Shown here piece after piece: positions 37,598 through 48,151 of a stretch of DNA of 64,000 nt. Within the stretch, counting starts at the first letter, position 1, and each line of letters opens with the position of its first letter. Location of the stretch: positions 962 to 64,961 of the forward strand of contig JASJDI010000003.1 of assembly GCA_030065155.1 (NCBI GenBank), in the 5' to 3' direction. A program made the translations under genes and the position numbers. The notes beneath the pieces are model-generated. The model did no database searches. It saw only the letters and a program-made list of their open reading frames with translations, and was not told the origin of the DNA. This stretch comes from Xenococcaceae cyanobacterium MO_188.B29 (GTDB lineage Bacteria > Cyanobacteriota > Cyanobacteriia > Cyanobacteriales > Xenococcaceae).

Positions 37598-37721
37598 AAT
37601 ATAATCGGAGACTATACACTAAATCTACCTTAAAAATCACCCAAGTATAGTAAAACTTAATTGACATTTTAAAAGTATTTTGCTGTACACACCTAGATTT
37701 TGCTGAAGTACTTATAATAAT

Positions 37722-39290
37722 TTAGCTTTCTGATGCTTTTGCCATAATTTCTTGTAAAACAGGAGAGAGATTTTCATTCAACTTTCCTGCCCGAATGAAT
37801 TCTGCATAGGTATCGGCTTCTATATCTAAAAGTTGTTCTTTTAGTTGTTCGATAGTTAGCGATCGCAAATTATCATGATCTTTTTGTAGCTTCTCAATTT
37901 TGTCTTCAATACTTTGTAATTCTCCTTTGACTAATCCTTGTTGGTAGCGATAAAATTCTGGATCTATTTCCTGATAAATATCGCTATTAGCTAGATAATC
38001 TAGTACTCTTTTTAGAGCAACACGACGAGCTAATAATTCTGAATATTCTTGACGGAGAGGTTGATCTCCAACCAAATCCAATTTTCCTAAAAACCACTGA
38101 GTAGTTAACCCTTGGACTAATAGGGTAAATAGAACAACTCCAAATACTGTATCAATAATTTCTTGCCTACCAGACAAGAATACAGGGACACTTAAAGCCA
38201 AAGCAATAGAAACAGAACCCCGTAATCCTCCCCACCACAAAATAGTTTGTTCTCGGAAATTAAGCTTAACCTTACTAACTAGATTGCTCAGGTTTCCTAA
38301 GCCATAAATTACAATTGCTCTCGTAACCAAGACAGAGATAATAGCAATAATAATTAAATCTAAATTATCAAGTAGACTAGTGAAATTAATTTGATCGCCA
38401 ATTAATAAAAATACGATCGAATTAACAAAAAAGGCGAGAAAATCCCAGAATTCTGATACTAATAATCTGGTACGAGGATTCATGCCAATACGAGAACCAA
38501 AGTTACCCAAAATGATCCCGACGGTAACTACCCCAATTACGCCAGAACCTCCCAATTCTTCTGTGATTAAATATGTTCCATAAGCAGAAACCAAAGTTAA
38601 AGATTGTTCTACTAAAGGCAAATCAAATCTTTGCGTTAAATAAGAAATACCAAACCCAATTATGCTTCCAACACCCAAACCAATTCCCACAAAGGTAAAG
38701 AATTTAACCAGCGTAGTAGTTAGAGAAAATTCTTCAATACCTAAAGGAATGCCTACTAACAAAAGAAAAGCGACTACTGCCACTCCATCGTTAAATAAAC
38801 TTTCCCCTTCCATAACTATTGTTAGGCGTTTGCTTGCCCCTAGTTCTCTAAATAATGCCACTACAGAAACGGGATCGGTAGCTGCTAAACTAGCCCCTAC
38901 CAGTAAAGCAGTAGCAACAGATAGAGTAGTAAAACTACTTAAGGCAAAAGCAACCCCAAGCACAGAAATAACCACACCAATTACGGCAAAAAGGGTAACA
39001 GGTATTAAATTGTCTTTTAAGCTACGCCAGCGAATATTCCAAGCAGCTTCAAATAATAATGGAGGCAGAAAAATTTCGAGAATTAATTCAGGAGAGAGAT
39101 TAACTAGACGAATATCGACAAAAGCTAGTGCCAGCCCGACAATTACTAATAGTAGGGTGTAAGGAATTTGTCTAAACCAGCTAAAAATACGGGAAATAGT
39201 AGCAACACTTAAAGAAACACTTAATACAATTAAAAATTGCTCTAAATTACCTTTAATAGAAACTTCAGCAATAGCAGCATCTACGGTCAT
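37722..39290 (-). CDS. CPA1-family Na+/H+ antiporter (NhaP type) with cytoplasmic C-terminal tail
   Basis: 522 aa, polytopic. Contains the ATDPVSV motif and FNDG. Confidence 0.85.
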   Translation of the reverse strand: MTVDAAIAEVSIKGNLEQFLIVLSVSLSVATISRIFSWFRQIPYTLLLVIVGLALAFVDIRLVNLSPELILEIFLPPLLFEAAWNIRWRSLKDNLIPVTLFAVIGVVISVLGVAFALSSFTTLSVATALLVGASLAATDPVSVVALFRELGASKRLTIVMEGESLFNDGVAVVAFLLLVGIPLGIEEFSLTTTLVKFFTFVGIGLGVGSIIGFGISYLTQRFDLPLVEQSLTLVSAYGTYLITEELGGSGVIGVVTVGIILGNFGSRIGMNPRTRLLVSEFWDFLAFFVNSIVFLLIGDQINFTSLLDNLDLIIIAIISVLVTRAIVIYGLGNLSNLVSKVKLNFREQTILWWGGLRGSVSIALALSVPVFLSGRQEIIDTVFGVVLFTLLVQGLTTQWFLGKLDLVGDQPLRQEYSELLARRVALKRVLDYLANSDIYQEIDPEFYRYQQGLVKGELQSIEDKIEKLQKDHDNLRSLTIEQLKEQLLDIEADTYAEFIRAGKLNENLSPVLQEIMAKASES

Positions 39291-39537
39291 TAAATTTACT
39301 CCTAATAAGAAATTATCAGAAAATGTCTACTTTGGTGCTTATTGAGATTAGAAGTCAGCAAAAAATCCCTGGATGATAAATCCCGCTCTAGAAATTAGTT
39401 ATTTGCCAATCCCCTAAGAAAAATTTACAATTAATTTATAATTTGGTGTTAATAATAAAATTATTTAATATTATCAACTAGGATCAGCGTAAAACATAAG
39501 GTAGGATTTGGCTATCTTGTTTCTTTAGGTTTACTCA

Positions 39538-40542
39538 ATGATTCGTATATTACTAGTAGACGATCAAGCCCTTCTCTGTGAAGTTTTAAAGACTTGGTTA
39601 GAAGTAGAAAAAGACTTTGAGGTTGCAGGAGTTGCCCACAATGGCGAAGAAGCGATCGTTAAAGCAGAAAAACTAAGACCAGATATCATTTTGATGGATG
39701 TTGATATGCCTAAAATGGATGGCTTAGAGGCTACCAAGGTCATATCTGAGCGGTTTCCCAAAGCAAAAGTAATCTTTTTGAGTGCCCATGACGATGATAT
39801 GTATTTGGGTAAATCTCTACGAGCAGGAGCAAAAGGTTATCTATTAAAAAATACAACGGCAGAAGAGCTAGCCGAGAAAATTCGCTCCGTCTATTTTGAG
39901 ACTAAACCAACTCTACCAGTCAGCGAAGAGGATACCTCTGCTTTTCAAAGACAACTGGAAGACTTGCTTCAAACCTATGAAACTAAATTTCAACAGCAAT
40001 TAGAAAAAGTACAAGCGTCTGTTAACAATCTCAACCCTAAAGCCATTGACTCAAATTATGAAAAACGCTTCCAAGAATTAGAAAAGGTGACTAAAAAAAG
40101 TTGGGAATCATTACGTAGCGAACTTTTTAATGTCCAAAATCAATTTAGTGAGGCAAATCGTACCCTTGATTCTCAATTAACTAAACAACTAATTAATATC
40201 AAAACCGAATTAGATTCTCAGCTACATACTGCTTTAGCAGATTGGTCTCGTCAAAGAGCAGCATTACAAGAATGGGCGGTACAAAGAGATGAAATGCGTA
40301 ATACGCCAGAAGATCTTGAATCTAAGTATCGTAGTGAGTTGATGACTTTAATTAATCCCCTCAGAGCTTCTATTAAAGATTTAGATAGAAGATTACAGAT
40401 AATGCGAAACGCGGTGATCTCTGCCCTTTTAGTTGCTGCTATGGCTCTAAGTTTCGCAGGTTGGTTATATTTATTCAATCGTAGCGAAAATAGTAATAGT
40501 GCTAAGCAGTTTAATGAGCAAATCGAAAGTTCTCAAAGGTAA
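39538..40542 (+). CDS. Response regulator: receiver domain + coiled coil + C-terminal TM anchor
   Basis: 334 aa. REC motifs LLVDDQ, DVDMPKMDG, LSAHDD, GAKGYLLK. Then a Q/E-rich helical region and a terminal hydrophobic helix AVISALLVAAMALSFAGWLYLF. Confidence 0.8.
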   Translation: MIRILLVDDQALLCEVLKTWLEVEKDFEVAGVAHNGEEAIVKAEKLRPDIILMDVDMPKMDGLEATKVISERFPKAKVIFLSAHDDDMYLGKSLRAGAKGYLLKNTTAEELAEKIRSVYFETKPTLPVSEEDTSAFQRQLEDLLQTYETKFQQQLEKVQASVNNLNPKAIDSNYEKRFQELEKVTKKSWESLRSELFNVQNQFSEANRTLDSQLTKQLINIKTELDSQLHTALADWSRQRAALQEWAVQRDEMRNTPEDLESKYRSELMTLINPLRASIKDLDRRLQIMRNAVISALLVAAMALSFAGWLYLFNRSENSNSAKQFNEQIESSQR

Positions 40543-40679
40543 TCTTAGCTTGAATTTGTAAGCTTTTGATAATTTAGTCTAGAGTTTATCTCGATCGCTT
40601 GGCTCAAACGCGCTAAAATCAGAAAAAAGAGAGAGAGGAGTAATACACACTGTACCTTTTCTAAATTCAGTTCTATATA

Positions 40680-42362
40680 GTGGAAACACCTCAAAACAAT
40701 TCATTTAACTCATTTACTTTTGATTCTATTGATACTGCCCTAGCAGATATTAAGTCTGGTCGCGCTGTTGTTGTTGTTGATGATGAAAATCGGGAAAATG
40801 AGGGCGATTTAATTTGTGCAGCCCAATTTGCCACCCCTGATATGATCAATTTTATGGCAGTAGAGGCTAGGGGGTTGATTTGTCTGGCAATGACTCCAGA
40901 AAGGCTGGATGCTCTCGATCTACCTTTGATGGTGAGTAAAAATACTGACAGCAACCAAACAGCATTTACCGTTAGTATTGATGCAGGAACTCATCTGGGA
41001 GTAACTACAGGAATCTCGGCTGACGATCGCGCTCGGACTATTCAAGTAGCTATTAATCCTGCCTCTAAACCAGAAGATTTAGCTCGTCCTGGTCATATTT
41101 TTCCTTTAAGAGCAAGAAAGGGCGGAGTTCTAAAACGGGCAGGACATACAGAAGCATCAGTAGACTTAGCCAGATTAGCAGGTTTATATCCAGCAGGGGT
41201 GATTTGCGAAATTCAAAACCCGAATGGCTCGATGGCACGATTGCCAGAGTTATTCAAGTATGCTAGAAAACATAAACTTAAACTAATTAGCATTGCCGAT
41301 CTGATCGGTTATCGCCTCCAACACGATCGTTTTGTCTATCGAGAAACGGTTTGTCATTTCCCTAGTCAATTTGGCAACTTTCAAATCTATGCTTACCGTA
41401 ATACCCTAGATGATACAGAGCATCTTGCCATAGTTAAGGGGAATCTTAGTGATTTTCCCGACCAACCTGTGATGGTACGGATGCACTCTGAATGTCTGAC
41501 AGGGGACGCTTTAGGCTCTCTTCGTTGTGATTGTCGTATGCAACTACAAGCTGCCTTAAACATGATTGAAGGAGCAGAGTTAGGAGTAGTGGTCTATTTA
41601 CGGCAGGAAGGACGGGGTATTGGTTTAGTTAATAAACTCAAGGCATATACCTTACAAGATTTGGGTTTAGATACGGTAGAAGCTAACGAGCGTTTAGGTT
41701 TTCCTGCGGACTTACGGGACTATGGTATGGGAGCGCAAATACTCAATGATTTGGGAGTTAAAAAAATTCGTCTCATCACCAACAATCCGCGTAAAATTGC
41801 TGGGTTGAAAGGTTATGGTTTAGAAGTAGTCGATCGCCTTCCTCTCTTAATTGAAACTAACGATCACAATTCTGAATATTTAGCCACCAAAGCTAAAAAA
41901 TTAGGTCATTTACTCCTACAAACTTATCTGATTACCGTAGCCATTACTTGGTCACAAGAAATTACTTCGGTTACGGCACGCTACGAAAAATTAGATAAAA
42001 TACGCCATCTGGCCAAATCTCATGATTTTTTACTACAAGAAGAAGCTAGGCCAGTAGCGATCGCTCTTTTTAGCCGACCATCGCTTATTTTCCATCTTGG
42101 TTTCGATCAACCCCACTTAGCTTCTTCAGACTGGTATCGAGATTGTAATCATCCCTATCTTAGTGGTATTACTAAAATTTTAGACCACATATCTACTTGG
42201 CAAGAAATTGAGCGTTTAGAATTTTTGATTGCTGGAGGAGAAGATTCGATGATGGGTTTACAAATGAAGCTCGATCGACAAACTTTTCCTCTCAGTAAAA
42301 AACCTTCTGAACTCTGTGCCAATTTAGAAAGTCAAACTATCTATAGTTTTGGTGACAACTAA
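40680..42362 (+). CDS. ribBA: Bifunctional 3,4-dihydroxy-2-butanone-4-phosphate synthase / GTP cyclohydrolase II with ~150-aa C-terminal extension
   Basis: 560 aa (GTG start). DHBPS motif [13 protein letters not shown] Zn motif [15 protein letters not shown] and EGRGIGL. Confidence 0.92.
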   Translation: METPQNNSFNSFTFDSIDTALADIKSGRAVVVVDDENRENEGDLICAAQFATPDMINFMAVEARGLICLAMTPERLDALDLPLMVSKNTDSNQTAFTVSIDAGTHLGVTTGISADDRARTIQVAINPASKPEDLARPGHIFPLRARKGGVLKRAGHTEASVDLARLAGLYPAGVICEIQNPNGSMARLPELFKYARKHKLKLISIADLIGYRLQHDRFVYRETVCHFPSQFGNFQIYAYRNTLDDTEHLAIVKGNLSDFPDQPVMVRMHSECLTGDALGSLRCDCRMQLQAALNMIEGAELGVVVYLRQEGRGIGLVNKLKAYTLQDLGLDTVEANERLGFPADLRDYGMGAQILNDLGVKKIRLITNNPRKIAGLKGYGLEVVDRLPLLIETNDHNSEYLATKAKKLGHLLLQTYLITVAITWSQEITSVTARYEKLDKIRHLAKSHDFLLQEEARPVAIALFSRPSLIFHLGFDQPHLASSDWYRDCNHPYLSGITKILDHISTWQEIERLEFLIAGGEDSMMGLQMKLDRQTFPLSKKPSELCANLESQTIYSFGDN

Positions 42363-42528
42363 ACATAAATCTTGATAATTTTGCTCTGCCCCTCCTAGAA
42401 CAAGCTAAAATCTAGGGTGATTACGTGCAATTAAATTATTAATCTATTTAAGATTTAGTGATAAATTGGTAATTCTGGTGCTCTGCCAAGAAACACCGTA
42501 CTTAAAATTACACTTTCCCTAAGCCAAC

Positions 42529-44316
42529 ATGAGAACTAACTATTGTGGAGAACTACGAGCAGAACATATTGATAAAACCGTTACTCTGTATGGTTGGGTA
42601 AATCGTCGCCGAGATCACGGTGGCGTAATTTTTATCGATTTACGCGATCGCACTGGCACAGTGCAAATTGTTAGCGATCCTCAACGTACTCCCGAATCTT
42701 ATCAGGATGCGGGTTGTTTACGTAGTGAATATGTAGTTAGAATTAGTGGCAATGTAAGTCAGCGTCCTGAAGAATCTCTTAATCCTAAACTACCTACTGG
42801 GGAGGTAGAGATTTATGCTGATTCGATCGAAATTTTGAATAGTGTTAATAAACAGTTGCCTTTTCAGGTATTTACGACAGATACAGAATCCGTTAGGGAA
42901 GATTTACGCTTAAAATATCGTTACTTAGATTTAAGGCGCGATCGCATGGCGAAAAATCTACAACTGCGCCATGAAGTAGTCAAAGCGATGCGTCGTTTCC
43001 TTGAAGATGAACATAATTTTATTGAAGTGGAAACCCCCATCCTAACTCGCTCTACTCCTGAAGGAGCAAGGGATTATCTTGTCCCCTCCCGTGTTAATCC
43101 TGGGGAATGGTATGCTTTGCCTCAATCACCACAGTTATTTAAACAATTGTTAATGGTATCGGGATGCGATCGCTACTATCAAATTGCCCGTTGTTTCCGG
43201 GATGAAGATTTACGCGCCGACAGACAGCCAGAATTTACTCAGCTGGATATGGAAATGAGTTTCCTATCTCAAGATGAAATTATCGAACTGAATGAGCAGT
43301 TAATTTCTCACATCTTCAAAGAGGTTAAAAATACTGATTTACCTCGTCCCTTTCCCCGTCTTACCTATACTGAAGCGATGGAAAAGTACGGCACAGATAG
43401 ACCAGATACTCGCTTTGGTTTAGAGTTAGTTGATGTAGCTGAAATAGTTAAAGATTCTGGATTTAAAGTTTTTTCTGGGGCAGTGAAAAGTGGAGGAACT
43501 GTCAAGGTTTTACCTATTCCTGGGGGTAATGATGCTATCTCCAATGTCAGAATTAAACCGAAAGGAGATATCTTTAATGAAGCTGTAGCAGCAGGCGCTA
43601 AAGGTATTGCTTACATCCGCGTTCGAGAGAATAATGAAATTGATACTATTGGCGCAATTAAAGATAATTTAACCGAAGAAAAGAAACAAGAATTATTAAC
43701 TAAAACTGGTGCTAAACCAGGTCATTTATTATTATTTGGGGCTGGAGATATAGCTACAGTTAATAAATCCCTCGATCGCCTACGTCAAGTCATAGGCAAA
43801 GAACTAGGTTTAATTGATGAAAACAAAATTAATCTAGTGTGGGTGACAGAATTTCCTATGTTTGAATGGAATGCAGACCAAAAAAGATTAGAAGCTCTCC
43901 ATCACCCTTTTACTGCACCCTACCCAGAAGATATTCAAGATTTAAAAACAGCCAGAGCGCAAGCCTACGACTTGGTTTACAACGGTGTAGAAGTAGGTGG
44001 TGGCAGCTTAAGAATTTATCAAAAGGATATCCAACAAAAAGTATTTGAAACTATTGGATTTTCTCCAGAAGAAGCCCAAGATAAATTTGGTTTTTTATTA
44101 GAAGCTTTTGAATATGGAACTCCTCCTCACGGTGGTATTGCTTACGGCTTAGATCGTTTGGTAATGCTACTAGCTGGAGAAGAGTCTATTCGAGATGTAA
44201 TTGCCTTTCCGAAAACACAACAAGCAAGTTGTTTATTAACTGATGCTCCAGCACTAGTTAATAAATCGCAGCTAAAAGAACTTTATATTTCTTCTACTTA
44301 CAAACCGAGAGAGTAA
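42529..44316 (+). CDS. aspS: Aspartyl-tRNA synthetase
   Basis: 595 aa. Class II motifs ([44 protein letters not shown]). Confidence 0.95.
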   Translation: MRTNYCGELRAEHIDKTVTLYGWVNRRRDHGGVIFIDLRDRTGTVQIVSDPQRTPESYQDAGCLRSEYVVRISGNVSQRPEESLNPKLPTGEVEIYADSIEILNSVNKQLPFQVFTTDTESVREDLRLKYRYLDLRRDRMAKNLQLRHEVVKAMRRFLEDEHNFIEVETPILTRSTPEGARDYLVPSRVNPGEWYALPQSPQLFKQLLMVSGCDRYYQIARCFRDEDLRADRQPEFTQLDMEMSFLSQDEIIELNEQLISHIFKEVKNTDLPRPFPRLTYTEAMEKYGTDRPDTRFGLELVDVAEIVKDSGFKVFSGAVKSGGTVKVLPIPGGNDAISNVRIKPKGDIFNEAVAAGAKGIAYIRVRENNEIDTIGAIKDNLTEEKKQELLTKTGAKPGHLLLFGAGDIATVNKSLDRLRQVIGKELGLIDENKINLVWVTEFPMFEWNADQKRLEALHHPFTAPYPEDIQDLKTARAQAYDLVYNGVEVGGGSLRIYQKDIQQKVFETIGFSPEEAQDKFGFLLEAFEYGTPPHGGIAYGLDRLVMLLAGEESIRDVIAFPKTQQASCLLTDAPALVNKSQLKELYISSTYKPRE

Positions 44317-44317
44317 A

Positions 44318-44857
44318 ATGAACAGACCAACCAGCTTAATCCGTTATTACTCTTTGCTTCTGAGTTGTTTTATCTTACTCACTTCTATTAGTTGCGCGCA
44401 AAATCCAGTCGAGCGTTCTGAGGAATGGAAACAAGAAAGAATTGAAACTTTATATGGTCAGTACGCTCGTAAATTTCCTGGAGTAAAGGATATTTCTGCT
44501 CAAGAAGTACAGCAATTACAACAAGAAGAAAGGGTAATTTTAGTGGATGTTCGTACCCGTAAGGAAATGAAAATTTCTATGATTATGGGGGCAATTTCTC
44601 AAGAAGAATTTGAACTAGATCGGGAAAAATATCGAAACTATACCATTATTACTTACTGCACTATCGGTTCTCGTAGTGGGATTTATGCTAAAAAACTACA
44701 AGAGCAAGGCTTTAGAGTATTTAACTTTAAAGGTAGTATTTTGTCTTGGTCTCATGCAGGGGGAAAATTAGTTAACAACAAAGGAATAACTAATAGAATA
44801 CATATCTATGGCAAGAAATGGGACTTAGCAGCTAAAAATTATCAGGAAATCTGGTAA
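44318..44857 (+). CDS. Rhodanese-domain lipoprotein/sulfurtransferase-like protein
   Basis: 179 aa. Lipobox-like TSISC and a rhodanese active-site loop YCTIGSRS. Confidence 0.7.
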   Translation: MNRPTSLIRYYSLLLSCFILLTSISCAQNPVERSEEWKQERIETLYGQYARKFPGVKDISAQEVQQLQQEERVILVDVRTRKEMKISMIMGAISQEEFELDREKYRNYTIITYCTIGSRSGIYAKKLQEQGFRVFNFKGSILSWSHAGGKLVNNKGITNRIHIYGKKWDLAAKNYQEIW

Positions 44858-44993
44858 GGCAAACCTACAAGTTGTAAGCTATAGCAATCCTGTTTGAGTC
44901 ATGAAAGTTTAAAAAAATGAAAGGCAGTTGAATTTTCTGGCATAGTGTCTTTGACTTCTCCAGCCTTTGAAAAAGCTAGATTCTAAACGGATG

Positions 44994-46190
44994 CTACGAA
45001 ACAAGCTGAAGCGTTGTTTCTGCGCGTTTACGATATGATTTAGATAAGCAAGTTAAATCATATCGTTTGGGAACAGCCAAGCATTCCCTCCCGACCTCGG
45101 CTAGAGACATCCCTAGCTGTGTCGCTACCTTTTTTAGACAATTAATTGCACCAAGAGCATCAGCCGAAATTAAACCGAATTTGCTTTTGTAAGTACCTCT
45201 AGTTATTCTTCTTCCTGAGAATTTATAGTCCTTGGGTTTTTCACCAAATTTGAATAGAAAATCCCCTGCAAGAAAATCACTTTTCGAGGTGTAGGCTTCC
45301 TCGGTTTCTGTAAATACAATTCCTACTGATTCGGCTAACTGTTTGATTTTTTCCTTGAGCCTAGCAGTAGGAATTTGCACAAAATTCTGATTATTTTGGT
45401 CGCCAAGATTAGACTTAGTTTTAATACCTTGACCCCAGCCAAAAACTATATTGCCAATACCATGATTTAGGCAGTAGCTTATTACAAAGCGAGCAGCTTT
45501 TGAGCAAGCATCGCGCATTTGGCAATTTCGTTTATGCGCTAAATTAGCTAAATAATCATCCCAATACTGTTGAGGTTTCCCCTGTTTATATTTAGCTACT
45601 TTCTTGTTATATCTCTGGTTAATTGACTTTATTTTTCTACCACAGATAATAAAGCTTTTACCTTGAGATGTAGTAGCAGCAAGCCAATTCGACACCCCAG
45701 GATCGATACCAATACCTTGAGAATAATCCAAGCTTGTAGCTTGTTTTGACTCCACCTTGTAGACATATTCAGCCCAGAGTTTACCTAAGAGGGGAACAAT
45801 CCTAAGTTCAGACAATTGTTCTGATTTAAAGCCAGAGCCAGGAATTATAGTAACAACTGGATTAACTAGTTCTGGCTTGTTGACCTTGGATATTGATAAA
45901 CGGCAATATCTTTCCGCATCATCATAATTAATATTTTGACTAGTAAAAGCAACTTGATAAACACCTCCTGATTTCCTGTAATTAGGAATTTTAGGTCGGT
46001 TTTCCAGTTCTCCCTGCCACCATGATTTTAATAGCCCGTTATAACTTCTGATAGCTTCTACAACTGACTTAATACACTGTTGTCCTTGCTGACCCCCTAA
46101 AGCTATATAGTGTTTATTTGACTTGAACTGCTTGCACAGTTGAGCGTTAATAAAAATCTCAACAAATCTATTGAGTCGTAATCCTAACGG
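44994..46190 (-). pseudogene. tnpB: IS605/IS1341-type TnpB (RuvC-like, Zn-finger-less SFLD-type clade), 5'-truncated
   Basis: The reading frame is open from 46190 to 44994 (398 codons) with no ATG or GTG before the TTG at 45815. RuvC motifs GIDPGVSN, TEEAYTSKSDFLAGD, ISADALGAINCL. The N-terminal ~35-40 aa expected for the family are missing where the neighbouring IS remnant abuts. Confidence 0.7.
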
Positions 46191-46213
46191 TTAGATTACT
46201 AGCCTTCGGGTTT

Positions 46214-47647
46214 TCACCGAATTCTTGAAGCGCGTTTCCGCTTGTGGGAAAACCCCTTCTTAGCTATTGCCAAAAATTCATCTTCCAACATAACCTCAAG
46301 CTCTCTGTTAGAGAGGCTAAAATAGCTATGCCGTCTTAAACATAGCTGTTTATTCAGTTTTTTATTGAGCGTGTGCCATGCATTCCAGACGTGCTTTCCC
46401 ATCGTCATGATAGGATAGGCGACCTGAAGAGGCACACGCTCTGATAGTCTCATCGCCCTACGAGCGAGAACAAGTGCTGCTGCTGTATCAGAACTCATTC
46501 CGTACAGTTTAAGATATTTTACTAATCCCATCAAAGAACTATATGCTGGTGAAACAAATATTATTTCTACTCCCACATTTTGTGCTTTTTGGGTTAATAA
46601 TTCTGTTATCTTGCCGTAGCTAAAATTAGAGAGCATACGGCACGTAGCAGTTCCTTTCTCTCTCATTTGTGCCTTCTTAGCCGTAAAATCTAATTTTTCT
46701 ACCACTAAAGGACATTTATTTTTAACGCAAAGATTAACAATTTTTAGGCAGACATTATGAAGTATTGCTAACTGTTGATTTTGGCTTTTTGAGTGCAGAT
46801 TAAACTTGATTTGTCCTTTTTCTCTTAGATTCCCATCTCTATCTATTCTGGCATAACCAATCACATTTGGATTTATATCTATCCCCATGCAACCATAATA
46901 TCTGGAATAGCTAATCTTCTCTGGTTCTGGCACTTCTGTGGAACAAGCAATAAACCATCTCAAATTTTTGGCATAGATCCGATAAGTTAATGCTCGATTA
47001 TGTTTAATCGCATCTTCTATCCATTCTGGTTTGTATGGGAAACTTAGAGGGGCATGAATATATTTTCCATACTTGGCTTCTAAAGCATAAGGCACTCTAA
47101 AAATTATCTTACTGCCATCATATTGGGCTATTTGATTGCCAAAACTTTCATCTTTGCTACCAACAGTTAAATATTGAGTTTTCTTTTGCCCAATTTTTAC
47201 TTTCAATGGAGCATCTTTAAGATGGTCAAGCTTATTCTCTAATAAATATAATCTGCGTTTTTTATTATGGATAGCAAACTTTTTATTTTGACGACAACTT
47301 CTTCTCGTTCTTAGGTCACAAGCTACGGGAATAGTTTTTATTTTTTTCTGCTGTTTCTTTAGCCAAGATTTAGTAGATTTTATTTGGTCTTTAATTTTCT
47401 TGATATGTTCTTGTCTACACTCATTAGCCGATTTTATACTAGCTTTTGCTTCTATTCTAATCCCGTTAGCTTGTCGTTTATTTATCCCATATTTGGGCTG
47501 AATCTCTTTAATTATTAGGCGTTCTTTCTCTCCTACTAATAGTCTATTTATATATTCACAACGGGCAGGATATACTAACCGCGCTACATCAGCCATGAAT
47601 TGATGTAGATGCCTTGGTAGTTCTGTCACGGTAGTTCTTTGAGACAT
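46214..47647 (-). CDS. TnpB-related IS200/IS605-family accessory protein (RuvC-like, no Zn finger)
   Basis: 477 aa. GIDINPN (RuvC-I), VVEKLDF (RuvC-II), VSPAYSSLMG...SSDTAAALVLARRA (RuvC-III). Immediately downstream of a serine-recombinase fragment, the IS607 gene order. Confidence 0.7.
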   Translation of the reverse strand: MSQRTTVTELPRHLHQFMADVARLVYPARCEYINRLLVGEKERLIIKEIQPKYGINKRQANGIRIEAKASIKSANECRQEHIKKIKDQIKSTKSWLKKQQKKIKTIPVACDLRTRRSCRQNKKFAIHNKKRRLYLLENKLDHLKDAPLKVKIGQKKTQYLTVGSKDESFGNQIAQYDGSKIIFRVPYALEAKYGKYIHAPLSFPYKPEWIEDAIKHNRALTYRIYAKNLRWFIACSTEVPEPEKISYSRYYGCMGIDINPNVIGYARIDRDGNLREKGQIKFNLHSKSQNQQLAILHNVCLKIVNLCVKNKCPLVVEKLDFTAKKAQMREKGTATCRMLSNFSYGKITELLTQKAQNVGVEIIFVSPAYSSLMGLVKYLKLYGMSSDTAAALVLARRAMRLSERVPLQVAYPIMTMGKHVWNAWHTLNKKLNKQLCLRRHSYFSLSNRELEVMLEDEFLAIAKKGFSHKRKRASRIR

Positions 47648-47648
47648 T

Positions 47649-47921
47649 TTATTCTTGACTTAGACTCGCAATTATTCTATCACCTTCTGCTTGTAAACTT
47701 TCCATTAGTTTACGATTTTTCTTGCTTCTACTTCCGTAAAGTCTTGCACTAAATACTGTTATTATTTCTAAGACATCAGCAGCTAATTCTTCTTCAAAAC
47801 TCGGCTGTTCTCCTTGATGAATTATTACTATTTCTATTCCTTGTATTTCACATAATGCAAACACCAATTCTGAGCCAAATCTAAGCAGTCTATCTTTAGC
47901 TGTTAAAACTAATCTTTTCAT
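47649..47921 (-). pseudogene. tnpA: IS607-type serine recombinase TnpA, C-terminal fragment only
   Basis: 90 aa. KDRLLRFGSELVFALCEIQGIEIVII...EEELAADVLEIITVFSARLYGSRS matches the C-terminal part of IS607 TnpA. The N-terminal HTH and catalytic Ser region are absent (in-frame stop 5 codons upstream of the ATG). Confidence 0.65.
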
Positions 47922-48151
47922 TTGGCGATGTAGATGCTAATTCAATTTTGCTTTGATAGATATCTGCATAAGTCCACTTTAACTAAACCTATATAAATCA
48001 AAGAGCTAGCTGGAAATATATATGTAAGATTACATTTTGTTTCTTCTGTCAAGCTTAAGTTTGTCTTTCAAAATCACTTTTTTCTACTTATCTCGAACGG
48101 TTTTTTGAGCATGAGATGTATCTATTTAGTTTTAAGTTTTAAGTGACATTA

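Larger units (their letters stand above)
44994..47921 (-). mobile_element. Composite of two decayed insertion-sequence remnants (IS607-like tnpA'-tnpB abutting a truncated IS605-type tnpB)
   Basis: See the three entries above. Element ends and target duplications could not be defined by eye, so coordinates cover only the coding remnants. Confidence 0.6.

Noticed and set aside
38662-39162. 166-aa ORF(+) opposite the NhaP antiporter
   Set aside because: It is a shadow frame of a polytopic transporter gene, with a Thr/Ser/Lys-rich translation and no motifs.
40543-40679. Looked for an FMN riboswitch upstream of ribBA
   Set aside because: No FMN-element-like conserved core could be seen in the 137-nt leader.
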